A stretch of 32,000 bases of DNA, from positions 2,280,001-2,312,000 of the forward strand of contig NC_000962.3 in assembly GCF_000195955.2 (NCBI RefSeq), given 5' to 3'. A program made the position numbers and the translations under genes. Within the stretch, counting starts at the first letter, position 1. Each line of letters begins with the position of its first letter. Under the pieces are notes generated by a model that had not been told where the DNA came from, did no database searches, and worked only from the letters and a program-made list of their open reading frames with translations. This DNA is from Mycobacterium tuberculosis H37Rv. GTDB taxonomy: Bacteria > Actinomycetota > Actinomycetes > Mycobacteriales > Mycobacteriaceae. This document shows positions 1 to 9,241 of the stretch, piece after piece.

Positions 1-124
1 GCCCGCAACTCCGCAAGCCTTGGTTCGCGTCGGTCTGGCCCCGGAGATGGAAGAGCCGCCACCGGCAACGCCTCGGCGACCAATCGATGAAGTGTTTCAC
101 GTTCGGGCTAAGGATCACCGGTAG
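1..124 (+). CDS. acg: 3' end of a nitroreductase-like protein (Acg/Rv2032), 5' truncated by the window
   Basis: Frame starting at base 2 is open to TAG at 122-124 and encodes PATPQALVRVGLAPEMEEPPPATPRRPIDEVFHVRAKDHR, typical of the C-terminus of Acg-type nitroreductases. Gene order also fits. Confidence 0.8.
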   Translation, partial: PATPQALVRVGLAPEMEEPPPATPRRPIDEVFHVRAKDHR

Positions 125-239
125 CGGGCGCCGCCGGGACCGCGTCTAAGCACCGCAGCTGAATCGGGCGGATGATGTGTCGATGAGCGGATCCGGCGAT
201 GGCGACGGTGTCGCGCGGTTGGGCAGACATCTTCCGCGG

Positions 240-1082
240 CTATTCGTCCCCGGCCGGCTGAGTGACGAAGTCGATCAGTTCTTCCACCCGGCCGATCAAC
301 GCCGGCTCTAGGTCGGTCCAGTCGCGTACTTGCGAACGGATGCGCCGCCACGCCGCGGCGATGTCGGCCTGGTCGGCGTGCGGCCAGCCGAGCGCATCGC
401 ACACGCCGTGCTTCCACTCGATGTGCCGCGGCACCCTCGGCCAGGCGGCCAGCCCAACTCGTTGTGGCTTGACCGCCTGCCAAATGTCGACGTAGGGGTG
501 CCCGACGACCAAAGTGTCGGAGCCGCCCGGTCCGCGGCGCACCACCTCGGCGATGCGCGCCTCTTTCGACCCCGCGACCAAATGGTCAACGAGAACGCCG
601 AGCCGACGCCGCGGGCCGGGCCGGAACTTGGCGACGATCTCCACCAGGTCGTCGACGCCACCGAGATGTTCGACGACGACACCTTCGATTCGCAGGTCCG
701 CTCCCCATACCGCCGCGATGAGTTCAGCGTCGTGTCGGCCCTCGACATAGATCCGGCTGGCCCGGGCCACCCGGGCACGCGCGCCCGGCACCGCGACCGA
801 GCCGGATGCCGTTCGCCTCGGGCCGGCAGCCGCTGCGCACCGCGGCGCGGTGAGGATCACCGGCAGGCCGTCGAGTAGATACCCGGGGCCCAGCGGAAAC
901 CCGCGGGTCTTCCCGTAGCGGTCTTCCAAGTCGATGCGGCCATATTCGACTCGGACCACCGCACCGACGTAGCCGGTCTCGGCGTCTTCGACGACCATGC
1001 CGAGCTCGACCGGGTGCTCAACCGAGCGGGGCCGGCGCCGCCCGCCTGCGGCAAGCACGTCGGTTCCATAGCGATCCAGCAC
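240..1082 (-). CDS. DUF3097 family conserved protein (Rv2033c)
   Basis: 280 aa ORF with coherent sequence (GARARVARASRIYVEGRHDAELIAAVWGADLRIEGVVVEHLGG), Toprim-like acidic motifs and actinobacterial character. Confidence 0.9.
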   Translation of the reverse strand: MLDRYGTDVLAAGGRRRPRSVEHPVELGMVVEDAETGYVGAVVRVEYGRIDLEDRYGKTRGFPLGPGYLLDGLPVILTAPRCAAAAGPRRTASGSVAVPGARARVARASRIYVEGRHDAELIAAVWGADLRIEGVVVEHLGGVDDLVEIVAKFRPGPRRRLGVLVDHLVAGSKEARIAEVVRRGPGGSDTLVVGHPYVDIWQAVKPQRVGLAAWPRVPRHIEWKHGVCDALGWPHADQADIAAAWRRIRSQVRDWTDLEPALIGRVEELIDFVTQPAGDE

Positions 1083-1256
1083 GCCGCAATACTAGGGAGC
1101 CTCTCTGCCGGTCATCGCCGCGACGCGCCGCATGGGTTCTCGGAAAATGCTTGTACCAGTCGACTTTCCGGCGGGCCAACGTCGCCAACCGATACTCGGC
1201 TCCAACGCCATGGGTGACGGGATGCCCGGATCACGTGTCACACCACCCGCGCACCC

Positions 1257-1293
1257 TTGCGGAAGAATATCCGTAAGTCTAAACTTACGGTTC
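1257..1293 (+). promoter_or_regulatory. Putative promoter and operator of the Rv2034 operon: TTGCGG (1257-1262), 17 bp, TAAACT (1280-1285); perfect inverted repeat CCGTAAGT-CTAA-ACTTACGG at 1271-1290
   Basis: Direct reading. The 8 bp arms are exact reverse complements around a 4 bp centre overlapping the TANNNT-type -10. The GTG start at 1294 lies about 9 nt beyond the -10. Confidence 0.75.
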
Positions 1294-1617
1294 GTGTCCA
1301 CTTACAGATCACCGGATCGCGCTTGGCAGGCGCTGGCGGACGGCACTCGCCGGGCCATCGTGGAGCGGCTGGCGCACGGCCCGCTGGCCGTCGGCGAGTT
1401 GGCCCGCGACCTGCCCGTCAGCCGACCCGCGGTGTCACAGCACCTCAAAGTGCTCAAGACCGCCAGGCTGGTGTGCGACCGCCCCGCGGGAACACGCCGC
1501 GTCTACCAGCTCGACCCGACAGGCCTTGCGGCATTGCGCACCGACCTCGACCGGTTCTGGACACGCGCCCTGACTGGCTACGCGCAGCTCATCGACTCCG
1601 AAGGAGACGACACATGA
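1294..1617 (+). CDS. ArsR-family winged-helix transcriptional regulator (Rv2034)
   Basis: 107 aa from GTG at 1294: VSTYRSPDRAWQALADGTRRAIVERLAHGPLAVGELARDLPVSRPAVSQHLKVLKTARLV, a classic ArsR helix-turn-helix. Confidence 0.93.
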   Translation: MSTYRSPDRAWQALADGTRRAIVERLAHGPLAVGELARDLPVSRPAVSQHLKVLKTARLVCDRPAGTRRVYQLDPTGLAALRTDLDRFWTRALTGYAQLIDSEGDDT

Positions 1618-2102
1618 CACGCCCGCGAACCGATGCCATCCACCACCACGTTGTCGTCAACGCCCCGATCGAGCGTGCGTTCGCCGTGTTCACCACGCGG
1701 TTCGGCGACTTCAAGCCTCGCGAGCACAATCTGCTTGCTATCCCGATCACCGAGACGGTATTCGAATGCCATGCGGGAGGCCATATCTACGATCGCGGTG
1801 TTGACGGAAGCGTGTGCAAATGGGCGCGCGTGCTGGTCTATGAACCGCCCAGCCGGGTGCTATTCACGTGGGATATCGGCCCGACTTGGCGGCCGGAAAC
1901 CGATCTGGCCAAGACCAGTGAGGTCGAAGTCCGCTTCACCGCGCAGTCCGCCGAGACGACACGCGTCGACCTCGAACATCGCCATCTCGACCGACACGGT
2001 CCGGGCTGGGAGTCGGTCGCCGACGGCGTTGACAGCGAGGCCGGATGGCCGTTATACCTACGCCGCTATACCGACCTGCTCTGCATCCAGGTGCAGCCAT
2101 GA
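1614..2102 (+). CDS. SRPBCC / AHSA1-like (polyketide cyclase fold) protein (Rv2035)
   Basis: 162 aa starting MTRPRTDAIHHHVVVNAPIERAFAVFTTRFGDFKPREHNL. ATGA overlap with the Rv2034 stop. Confidence 0.9.
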   Translation: MTRPRTDAIHHHVVVNAPIERAFAVFTTRFGDFKPREHNLLAIPITETVFECHAGGHIYDRGVDGSVCKWARVLVYEPPSRVLFTWDIGPTWRPETDLAKTSEVEVRFTAQSAETTRVDLEHRHLDRHGPGWESVADGVDSEAGWPLYLRRYTDLLCIQVQP

Positions 2103-2740
2103 TCGCGGCAGACGACGATACCGAGAAGTCCATGATGGACATGGCCCGCGCCGAGCGGGCCGAACTAGCGGCGTTTCTGACTACCCTCACACTGCAGCAA
2201 TGGGAAACACCCAGCCTGTGCGCCGGGTGGAGCGTCAAAGAAGTTGTCGCACATATGATCAGCTACGAAGATCTCGGCGTTTTCGGGTTGCTCAAGCGCT
2301 TTGCCAAAGGCCGGATCGTCCGGGCCAATGAGGTGGGTGTCGACGAATTCGCTGGGCTCAGCCCACAGGAGTTGGCCGACTATGTCGGCCGGCATCTCCA
2401 ACCGCGTGGGCTGACAGCGGGTTTCGGCGGAATGATCGCCCTCGTCGATGGCATGATCCACCACCAGGATATCCGCCGCCCGCTCGGTCAGCCCCGCACC
2501 ATCCCCGCGCAGCGACTTGACCGCGTGTTGCGGCTGATGCCGAAGAACCCCAGGCTGCGAGCTCGGCCACGCATCAAAGGGCTGCGACTGCGAGCCACCG
2601 ACCTCGACTGGACAATCGGCACCGGGCCCGAAGTAACCGGGCCCGGCGAAGCCTTGCTCATGGCAATGGCCGGCAGGCCAGCGGCGGTCAGCGACCTCTC
2701 CGGCCCCGGAAAGCCCACGCTAGCCGGACGACTCGGTTAA
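2099..2740 (+). CDS. DinB-like / mycothiol-dependent maleylpyruvate isomerase-like protein (Rv2036)
   Basis: 213 aa, MIAADDDTEKSMMDMARAERAELAAFLTTLTLQQWETPSLCAGWSVKEVVAHMISYEDLG. ATGA overlap with Rv2035. Confidence 0.88.
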   Translation: MIAADDDTEKSMMDMARAERAELAAFLTTLTLQQWETPSLCAGWSVKEVVAHMISYEDLGVFGLLKRFAKGRIVRANEVGVDEFAGLSPQELADYVGRHLQPRGLTAGFGGMIALVDGMIHHQDIRRPLGQPRTIPAQRLDRVLRLMPKNPRLRARPRIKGLRLRATDLDWTIGTGPEVTGPGEALLMAMAGRPAAVSDLSGPGKPTLAGRLG

Positions 2741-2746
2741 CGACAG

Positions 2747-3721
2747 CTACAGCGACGGCGTGAACGGGCCGCCGCAGTCAGCCAGACAATCGGCGTAATT
2801 CCAGTTCGCCAAGAACTTTTGACCCGCCTGAAATCCGCGTTGGTAAAGAGCCTCGCGTTGTTCGGCGGTGATGTCGAAGTCGATCGGACTCACGTCGTGG
2901 GCGGGCACGAAGATGGTGCGCCGAACGGTACACGGATCGTCGATGTAGGCGTTGTCCTGATTGCTCACCAGTGTTTCGATCGCCGCGATGCCCAACGACA
3001 CTGGCCCTTGGACCGGCCGGGTAGGTGGAATGCCCGGACGCGCTGACAACCTGATCCCGAACGTGGGCCATCGCGGTTCAGCGTCGGTTCGGTCGAACAG
3101 CGCCACCGGAAAGTTCGACAGCAAGCCACCGTCGACCCAGGTAGCGCCGCGCACCCGAACAGGCTCGAACACAAACGGGATCGCCGATGAGGCGTGCACC
3201 GCACGCGCCACCGAGAAGTCGTCCGGGTGGATGCCGTAGGAGTCCAGGTCCCACGGGATGCGAACGAGTCGGCGACGGGATAGGTCGCTGGCGGTGACCA
3301 CCAGCGACCAGGCGAACTGTTCGGGTGCCTCGCCGGTGCGCAAGTCGCCAAAGGTGTGCACGCCTAGGTCAGCGAGCAAACCGCCGAGCAGCTGTTCCAG
3401 ATAGGCCCCGCGGTAAACGCCGTCCGACAACAGCAGAGAAAGTCCCCCGCCGATCAACGGCACGTGTCCTATCAGATTGCGGTCGAGGAACTTCGGGTAG
3501 TCGATGCTGCGCATCATCTCGGCAAGCCGCGTCACCGGCTCACCGGCCGTTTGTAGGGCCGCGACCAGCGACGCGACGATCGCACCCGCGCTGCTGCCCG
3601 CCACCCTGGGAAATCGGTAACCGGCATCGGCCAGCGCGTCCACCGCTCCAACCAACCCTATCCCCCGGACCCCGCCGCCTTCACACACCAGGTCGACGCG
3701 TGCTGTGCTCACCAGCGCCAC
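2747..3721 (-). CDS. Patatin-like phospholipase (Rv2037c)
   Basis: 324 aa from GTG at 3721. Patatin motifs CEGGGVRGIG, GSSAG and DGGLLSNFP are present. Confidence 0.9.
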   Translation of the reverse strand: MALVSTARVDLVCEGGGVRGIGLVGAVDALADAGYRFPRVAGSSAGAIVASLVAALQTAGEPVTRLAEMMRSIDYPKFLDRNLIGHVPLIGGGLSLLLSDGVYRGAYLEQLLGGLLADLGVHTFGDLRTGEAPEQFAWSLVVTASDLSRRRLVRIPWDLDSYGIHPDDFSVARAVHASSAIPFVFEPVRVRGATWVDGGLLSNFPVALFDRTDAEPRWPTFGIRLSARPGIPPTRPVQGPVSLGIAAIETLVSNQDNAYIDDPCTVRRTIFVPAHDVSPIDFDITAEQREALYQRGFQAGQKFLANWNYADCLADCGGPFTPSL

Positions 3722-3722
3722 G

Positions 3723-4796
3723 TTAGCCCGGAATCCGACGCCCGTCGACGGCGAAGAAGTGCAGGTGTCCCGGTGTGGGACATAGCCGCACGCGACTACC
3801 CCGCTCGGGCGGGCCGCGGCCGTCCACTCGAGCGACGATTGACTGGTCCATTTCGCAGCCGCCCGACACGATTCGGCCATACAAGTAGGCGTCCGCTCCA
3901 AGTTCTTCGACCATGTCGACGTCCATCTCGATGCCGGCGCCGCCCAGCTCCAAATGTTCGGGGCGAACACCGATAATGACCTCGGCTGCCGTACCGACGA
4001 CCGCACGCGGCAGCAGGATCTGCCAATCACCCAGTGACACCGTGGAATCGGCGATGGAAAGCCTGAACAGGTTCATCGCCGGGGAACCGATGAACCCCGC
4101 GACGAACACGTTGCCCGGGTTGCGGTAGAGCTCTCGAGGCGAAGCACACTGTTGCAGCACACCGTCAGACAGCACCGCGACGCGGTCACCCATCGTCATG
4201 GCCTCGACCTGGTCGTGAGTGACATACACGGTGGTCGTACCCAGTTGCCGTTGTAACGCGGCGATCTGATTGCGGGTTTGCCCGCGAAGTTTGGCGTCAA
4301 GATTGGACAGCGGTTCGTCCATCAGGAATACCTGTGGGCGCCGCACGATCGCACGACCCATCGCCACCCGTTGCCGTTGGCCGCCGGAGAGATCTTTCGG
4401 CTTGCGATCCAGATAAGATTGCAGATCAAGCAATTTCGCTGCGGCAAGCACCCGCTCGCGGATCTCGGCCTTGCCGATCTTGGCGACCTTCAACGCGAAG
4501 CCCATGTTCTGCGCCACCGTCATGTGCGGGTAGAGGGCGTAGTTCTGGAACACCATGGCGACATCACGATCCTTGGGATCGACCTCGGTGACGTCGCGCT
4601 CGCCGATCCGGATACGCCCACAGTCCAGCGTCTCCAAGCCAGCCACCATCCGTAACGACGTCGTCTTGCCACATCCGGACGGCCCCACCAGGACAACGAA
4701 CTCGCCATCGCCGACGATCAGGTCGAGCCGATCCAGGGCCGGTCGGTCCGTGCCGGGATAGCGCCGGGTTGCCTGCTCAAAACTCACCGAAGCCAT
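3723..4796 (-). CDS. Sugar ABC transporter ATP-binding protein, MalK/UgpC type (Rv2038c)
   Basis: 357 aa starting MASVSFEQATRRYPG. Walker A GPSGCGKTT, signature LSGGQRQRVAMGRA, Walker B VFLMDEPLSNLDAKLR, C-terminal TOBE-type IIGVRPEHLEL. Confidence 0.95.
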   Translation of the reverse strand: MASVSFEQATRRYPGTDRPALDRLDLIVGDGEFVVLVGPSGCGKTTSLRMVAGLETLDCGRIRIGERDVTEVDPKDRDVAMVFQNYALYPHMTVAQNMGFALKVAKIGKAEIRERVLAAAKLLDLQSYLDRKPKDLSGGQRQRVAMGRAIVRRPQVFLMDEPLSNLDAKLRGQTRNQIAALQRQLGTTTVYVTHDQVEAMTMGDRVAVLSDGVLQQCASPRELYRNPGNVFVAGFIGSPAMNLFRLSIADSTVSLGDWQILLPRAVVGTAAEVIIGVRPEHLELGGAGIEMDVDMVEELGADAYLYGRIVSGGCEMDQSIVARVDGRGPPERGSRVRLCPTPGHLHFFAVDGRRIPG

Positions 4797-4798
4797 GG

Positions 4799-5641
4799 TT
4801 ACCCGCCGAGCCCAGTCACCGCGATACCACGGACAAAGGAACGTTGTGCGACCGCATAAAGGATGACCAACGGCACCAGCATCAGCATCGACGCCGCCAT
4901 CAGCACCGGCCACCGGGCGACGTATTCGCCCCGCAATCGGACCAGGCCAAGGGTGAGCGTCGCCAGGCTGTTTCGCTGGATCATCAGCAGCGGCCACAGA
5001 AAGTCGTTCCACACGTTGACCCAGGTGAGCACACCCAGCACCAGCACCGCGGGACGTGAATGCGGCAGCAGAATCCGCCAGTAGATCTGCCACGGCGAGC
5101 AACCGTCGAGAATCGCGGCTTCCTCGAGATCGGTCGGCAGCGTGCGGAAGAACTGCCGCATCAGGTAGGTACCGAACGCGCTACCGAACAATCCCGGCAC
5201 GATCATCGCCCACGGCGTATCCACCCACCCCACGATCCGCATGAGAATGACCTGTGGGATGACGGTCACCGTCAACGGCACCATCAAAGTGCTCAAGTAC
5301 AAGACGAACAACGTATCGCGGCCCCGGAACTGCAGTCGCGCGAAGGCATAACCGGCCAACGAGCAGAAGAAGACCTGCCCGGCGGTGACACATCCGGCAT
5401 ACAGCACGGTGTTGAAGAACATCCGCCAGAACGGCATCAACGCGAACACCTCGCGGTAGTTGGACCATTGCGGATGCGACGGGAACAGCGTCGGCTCGGT
5501 CACCTCGCCGTCCGCCTTCAGGGAGCCCGACAGCGCCCAGATGATAGGGAACAGCGCGCACCAAGCGATCCCGATCAGTCCCGCGTACAGGGCAAGCCCA
5601 CGAATGAAGTGGCGGTGGACTATTCGATCAGCCCAGCCCAC
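4799..5641 (-). CDS. Sugar ABC transporter permease, MalG type (Rv2039c)
   Basis: 280 aa membrane protein with the permease EAA loop EEAAILDGCSPWQIYWRILLPHSRP. Confidence 0.94.
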   Translation of the reverse strand: MGWADRIVHRHFIRGLALYAGLIGIAWCALFPIIWALSGSLKADGEVTEPTLFPSHPQWSNYREVFALMPFWRMFFNTVLYAGCVTAGQVFFCSLAGYAFARLQFRGRDTLFVLYLSTLMVPLTVTVIPQVILMRIVGWVDTPWAMIVPGLFGSAFGTYLMRQFFRTLPTDLEEAAILDGCSPWQIYWRILLPHSRPAVLVLGVLTWVNVWNDFLWPLLMIQRNSLATLTLGLVRLRGEYVARWPVLMAASMLMLVPLVILYAVAQRSFVRGIAVTGLGG

Positions 5642-6530
5642 GGGACGCCTCCCAGGAGCGCCGGTGCGTAATTCGCAACTGCAGCACGGTCAACACCAGC
5701 AAGATGGCGAACATCACCCACGCCAACGCGGACGCATAGCCGAATTCCAGGAACGAAAACGCGTGCTGGAACAGCATGATGCCCAAAACATAGGTAGCCG
5801 TCTCGGGACCACCGTTGGCACCGGTAAGGACGTAGACAAGGTCAAACGCCTGGAACGCGTGGATGATCGATATGACAACCACGAATGACAATGCCCCCCG
5901 GATCAGCGGTACCGTGATGGACACGAACTGGCGAATCTCGCCGGCACCATCGATCCTGGCCGCCTCGTACACAGTCTCCGGAACCCCCTGCATCGCGGCC
6001 AGCAGGACGACCGTGGCGAAGGGCACACTGCGCCAGACGCTGACCAGGCAAAGCGAGACCATGGCCCATCGGGGTTCGATTAGCCATGGGATGGGGCCGA
6101 TTCCCAGCCAGCCGAGCATGATGTTGAGTAGGCCATTGTCGGTGTTGAAGACGAACTGCCAGACGACCGCCATCACCACCGAGGAAATCGCCAACGGCAA
6201 GAAGACGACCGTCCGAAAGAGGCTGATGCCTTTGATTTTCCGGTTTAGAAAGGCGGCGACGACGAGGCTGACGATAACGGTCGGTACCACGGTGCCGACG
6301 GTGTAAACCGCGGTGTTGACCACGGCGATGAGAAACAGCGGATCAGAAGTGAAGAGGTTTCTGAAATTGTCCAACCTCACGAACGTCGCATGCGTAAACA
6401 AGTCCCACTTCTGAAAGCTCATGTACAGCGAGAATCCCAGCGGAAACAGCATGAACACCACAACGGCAGCCAAGTTCGGCGCGACGAACATACGCCCCGC
6501 CCACGCGCGTCGCCCCCTGCGCCGTGTCAT
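5628..6530 (-). CDS. Sugar ABC transporter permease, MalF type (Rv2040c)
   Basis: 300 aa membrane protein with EAA loop ETVYEAARIDGAGEIRQFVSITVPLI. 14 nt overlap with the downstream permease. Confidence 0.94.
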   Translation of the reverse strand: MTRRRGRRAWAGRMFVAPNLAAVVVFMLFPLGFSLYMSFQKWDLFTHATFVRLDNFRNLFTSDPLFLIAVVNTAVYTVGTVVPTVIVSLVVAAFLNRKIKGISLFRTVVFLPLAISSVVMAVVWQFVFNTDNGLLNIMLGWLGIGPIPWLIEPRWAMVSLCLVSVWRSVPFATVVLLAAMQGVPETVYEAARIDGAGEIRQFVSITVPLIRGALSFVVVISIIHAFQAFDLVYVLTGANGGPETATYVLGIMLFQHAFSFLEFGYASALAWVMFAILLVLTVLQLRITHRRSWEASRGLG

Positions 6531-7846
6531 GGATTGCGCAGCACTTCATCGACGGCCTGTGATAGCCCGGTCAGCGAGGTCGCCGGCCGGGATCCACGCA
6601 GCACGGGTCCGAAGTAGCGGTCCATCAGGGCGGCGATCTTCTCCCAGGCCGGGGTCACCGGCAAGCCTTCCGAATAGGCCGGCCCCTCGCTGAGCACGGC
6701 AAGATTGCCTACCCTGCGGTGGGCGTTGGCGAATCCGTGCGAGTTGATCGCCGATCTCAGCACCGGCACGAACAGGCGGGATTCGCCGATCAATGCCTGC
6801 CCCACCGGGCCGGTCGCGAACTTTACGAATTCCCACGCCTGGTCCTTGCGTCGACTGGTCGCCGCAATGGCCAGCCCGGTGACACCGATATCTGAACAGG
6901 CGGCTCGTCCGCGCGGACCGATGGGCAGTGGGGCGACGTCGAAGTCCAGACCGTCGGCACGGTCGAACGTCTGATATCGCCAGTGCCCGGCCAACGCGAT
7001 CCCGGCCTTGCCCACAGAAAACAGGTCCGCCGTCGACATCGACTGCTGCTCAGCAGCGCTGGGGGCCACCTTGTGCTTGTTGGTCAGGTCGGCGTAGAAC
7101 TGCACCGCTTCGAGGAACCCATCGTGGTCGAAATTGAGGTGGGTGGGATTCATCCGCGGAACCGACCACGGTACACCGTTATTCATGGCGAACAACCCGG
7201 CAGCGTAGAACGAGACCCACGCGTTGACGAAGCCCCATTGCCTGTCCCGTCCCGACCGGCCCTGCTTGGTAAGCGCCTGGGCGGCATCCAGGAATTCGGC
7301 GAAGCTCCATGGCCGTTCCCAGCTACCGGGCGGCGGTGGCACGCCGGCGTCGTCGAATAGCTGTTTGTTGTAGAACAAGAAGTTGCCGGACCATTGCTCC
7401 GGAAAGGCGTACTGGCCTCCGTTGAACGTGAAAGTCTCATACAGGGCCCCGATGCTGTCCGATTTCAGCTCCGCGGCGAAAGCCTGGTCGCGCGCCAATA
7501 GCGTGTTCAGGTCAAGCAACACCCCCCGGTCGGCCAGTTCGGCATAGGTCAGTTCCCATGCCATCAGCACATCCGGACACTTGCCACCCGCGCAAAACGT
7601 TGCGAGCTGCTGCATGACGCCGGGTCCGGACAACAGGGCCCGTACCTTGATATCGGGATAGCGCCGCTGGAATTCGTTGACGACGCGCATCCGGGGACGG
7701 AGCTCGTCCGGATTGGCTGCAAAAAAGAAAGTCAACGCGTCATCGTCATCGGCAGCACACCCAGCGGCCCAGGGAGCCAGCGAGGCCGCAGTAAGCGCGC
7801 CCGCACCCCGTAACAGACTGCGCCGCTCGAACGGCTTATTGACCAT
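6527..7846 (-). CDS. Sugar ABC transporter substrate-binding lipoprotein (Rv2041c) with a Tat-like signal and lipobox
   Basis: 439 aa from ATG at 7846: MVNKPFERRSLLRGAGALTAASLAPWAAGCAADDDD; family-1 extracellular solute-binding body (DVLMAWELTYAELADRG, KVGIALAGHWRYQTF). Confidence 0.93.
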   Translation of the reverse strand: MVNKPFERRSLLRGAGALTAASLAPWAAGCAADDDDALTFFFAANPDELRPRMRVVNEFQRRYPDIKVRALLSGPGVMQQLATFCAGGKCPDVLMAWELTYAELADRGVLLDLNTLLARDQAFAAELKSDSIGALYETFTFNGGQYAFPEQWSGNFLFYNKQLFDDAGVPPPPGSWERPWSFAEFLDAAQALTKQGRSGRDRQWGFVNAWVSFYAAGLFAMNNGVPWSVPRMNPTHLNFDHDGFLEAVQFYADLTNKHKVAPSAAEQQSMSTADLFSVGKAGIALAGHWRYQTFDRADGLDFDVAPLPIGPRGRAACSDIGVTGLAIAATSRRKDQAWEFVKFATGPVGQALIGESRLFVPVLRSAINSHGFANAHRRVGNLAVLSEGPAYSEGLPVTPAWEKIAALMDRYFGPVLRGSRPATSLTGLSQAVDEVLRNP

Positions 7847-7883
7847 CGTGCTCCCGATTTTGGGTCCTGTGGTACAACGACCG

Positions 7884-8681
7884 TCAGGCTGGGAAGTACC
7901 GAATCCGATTGATCCGGTTGCCGCGCCACGGCACGTCGGCGAACATGATGCCGCGCCGGTGGTCCGACGCGAGCGACACCGCGACGGTGGATCCGGCACC
8001 GGTCACCTTGGTCCAGCTAGCCCCGCGCAGCTGCTCGAACAGCTCGACAATGTCGAGTAGCTCATCCTCGCCTAAAGTCATTGTGGCAGTGCGTGATAAC
8101 GCGTGATACGCAGCGGACTTGTCTGCCCGGGACGCGGCGTTGAGGAACGTTTCCACCAGCTTCTTGTGCCGCCGGCCCGCCCGGCGAAAGCCGGTCAGGA
8201 ATCCTGCGGTGCCGCCCAACCCTTGATTGCCTAGCAGCGCTCGCGACAGTTGCAGGGCGGGTCTTGTGGCCCCCGATCCCGTGCGCAGAAACTGCAGCAT
8301 CATCGCCGGCAACTCCCAGTACGCCCGCAGTGCGGCAATCTGCCACTCGCCGGTAACCGGTCGTAGGTCATAGCGTAGGAAGGCGGGAATGAACACCGTC
8401 ACAGCCGAGTCCATCGCGACCTCGAGTTCGAGATCGCGCAGCACCACCGTGCCGGAGACGATATCCAGATCGCGATGGAACGTGATATCCCGCGGCCCGA
8501 TGAAGGTGTCGTAGAAGCGGCCGATGGCCTCATGCCCCACCTGCGGCTGCGAACCCACCGGGTCTTCGACCCGCGCGTCACCGGTGAACAACCCGACCCA
8601 GCCGGCGCGGTCGTGCGCGGCGGCCGCTTGCGGCGAGCGCTCCACCGCCGCCAACAGTTCATCCCGGTTCGGCGGTGCCAT
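7884..8681 (-). CDS. NTF2/SnoaL-like (ketosteroid-isomerase fold) conserved protein (Rv2042c)
   Basis: 265 aa starting MAPPNRDELLAAVERSPQAAAAHDRAGWVGLFTGDARVEDPVGSQPQVGHEAIGRFYDTFIG. TGATG junction with pncA. Confidence 0.88.
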   Translation of the reverse strand: MAPPNRDELLAAVERSPQAAAAHDRAGWVGLFTGDARVEDPVGSQPQVGHEAIGRFYDTFIGPRDITFHRDLDIVSGTVVLRDLELEVAMDSAVTVFIPAFLRYDLRPVTGEWQIAALRAYWELPAMMLQFLRTGSGATRPALQLSRALLGNQGLGGTAGFLTGFRRAGRRHKKLVETFLNAASRADKSAAYHALSRTATMTLGEDELLDIVELFEQLRGASWTKVTGAGSTVAVSLASDHRRGIMFADVPWRGNRINRIRYFPA

Positions 8682-9241
8682 CAGGAGCTGCAAACCAACT
8701 CGACGCTGGCGGTGCGCATCTCCTCCAGCGCGGCGACGGTGGTATCGGCCGACACACCCGCTGTCAGGTCCACCAGCACCCTGGTGGCCAAGCCATTGCG
8801 TACCGCGTCCTCGGCCGTCTGGCGCACACAATGATCGGTGGCAATACCGACCACATCGACCTCATCGACGCCGCGTTGCCGCAGCCAATTCAGCAGTGGC
8901 GTGCCGTTCTCGTCGACTCCTTCGAAGCCGCTGTACGCTCCGGTGTAGGCACCCTTGTAGAACACCGCCTCGATTGCCGACGTGTCCAGACTGGGATGGA
9001 AGTCCGCGCCGGGAGTACCGCTGACGCAATGCGGTGGCCACGACGAGGAATAGTCCGGTGTGCCGGAGAAGTGGTCACCCGGGTCGATGTGGAAGTCCTT
9101 GGTTGCCACGACGTGATGGTAGTCCGCCGCTTCGGCCAGGTAGTCGCTGATGGCGCGGGCCAGCGCGGCGCCACCGGTTACCGCCAGCGAGCCACCCTCG
9201 CAGAAGTCGTTCTGCACGTCGACGATGATCAACGCCCGCAT
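8681..9241 (-). CDS. pncA: Pyrazinamidase/nicotinamidase PncA (Rv2043c), wild-type by eye
   Basis: 186 aa MRALIIVDVQNDFCEGGSLAVTGG...; D8, K96 region and C138 (ATDHCVRQTAEDA) present; metal ligands D49/H51/H57/H71 present (KDFHIDPGDHFSG, PHC). Confidence 0.99.
   Translation of the reverse strand: MRALIIVDVQNDFCEGGSLAVTGGAALARAISDYLAEAADYHHVVATKDFHIDPGDHFSGTPDYSSSWPPHCVSGTPGADFHPSLDTSAIEAVFYKGAYTGAYSGFEGVDENGTPLLNWLRQRGVDEVDVVGIATDHCVRQTAEDAVRNGLATRVLVDLTAGVSADTTVAALEEMRTASVELVCSS

Noticed and set aside
115-483. 122 aa minus-strand ORF and several plus-strand ORFs over Rv2033c
   Set aside because: Low-complexity Arg/Ala/Pro-rich translations typical of shadow frames in high-GC DNA, overlapping a convincing gene.
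1241-1247. CACGTG-type palindrome in the Rv2033c/Rv2034 intergenic region
   Set aside because: A 6 bp palindrome is common by chance in GC-rich DNA and has no supporting context, unlike the 20 bp element at 1271-1290.
8681-9241. Possible M. bovis/BCG origin or pyrazinamide-resistance allele
   Set aside because: His57 is present and the protein matches the wild-type PncA sequence I recall throughout.
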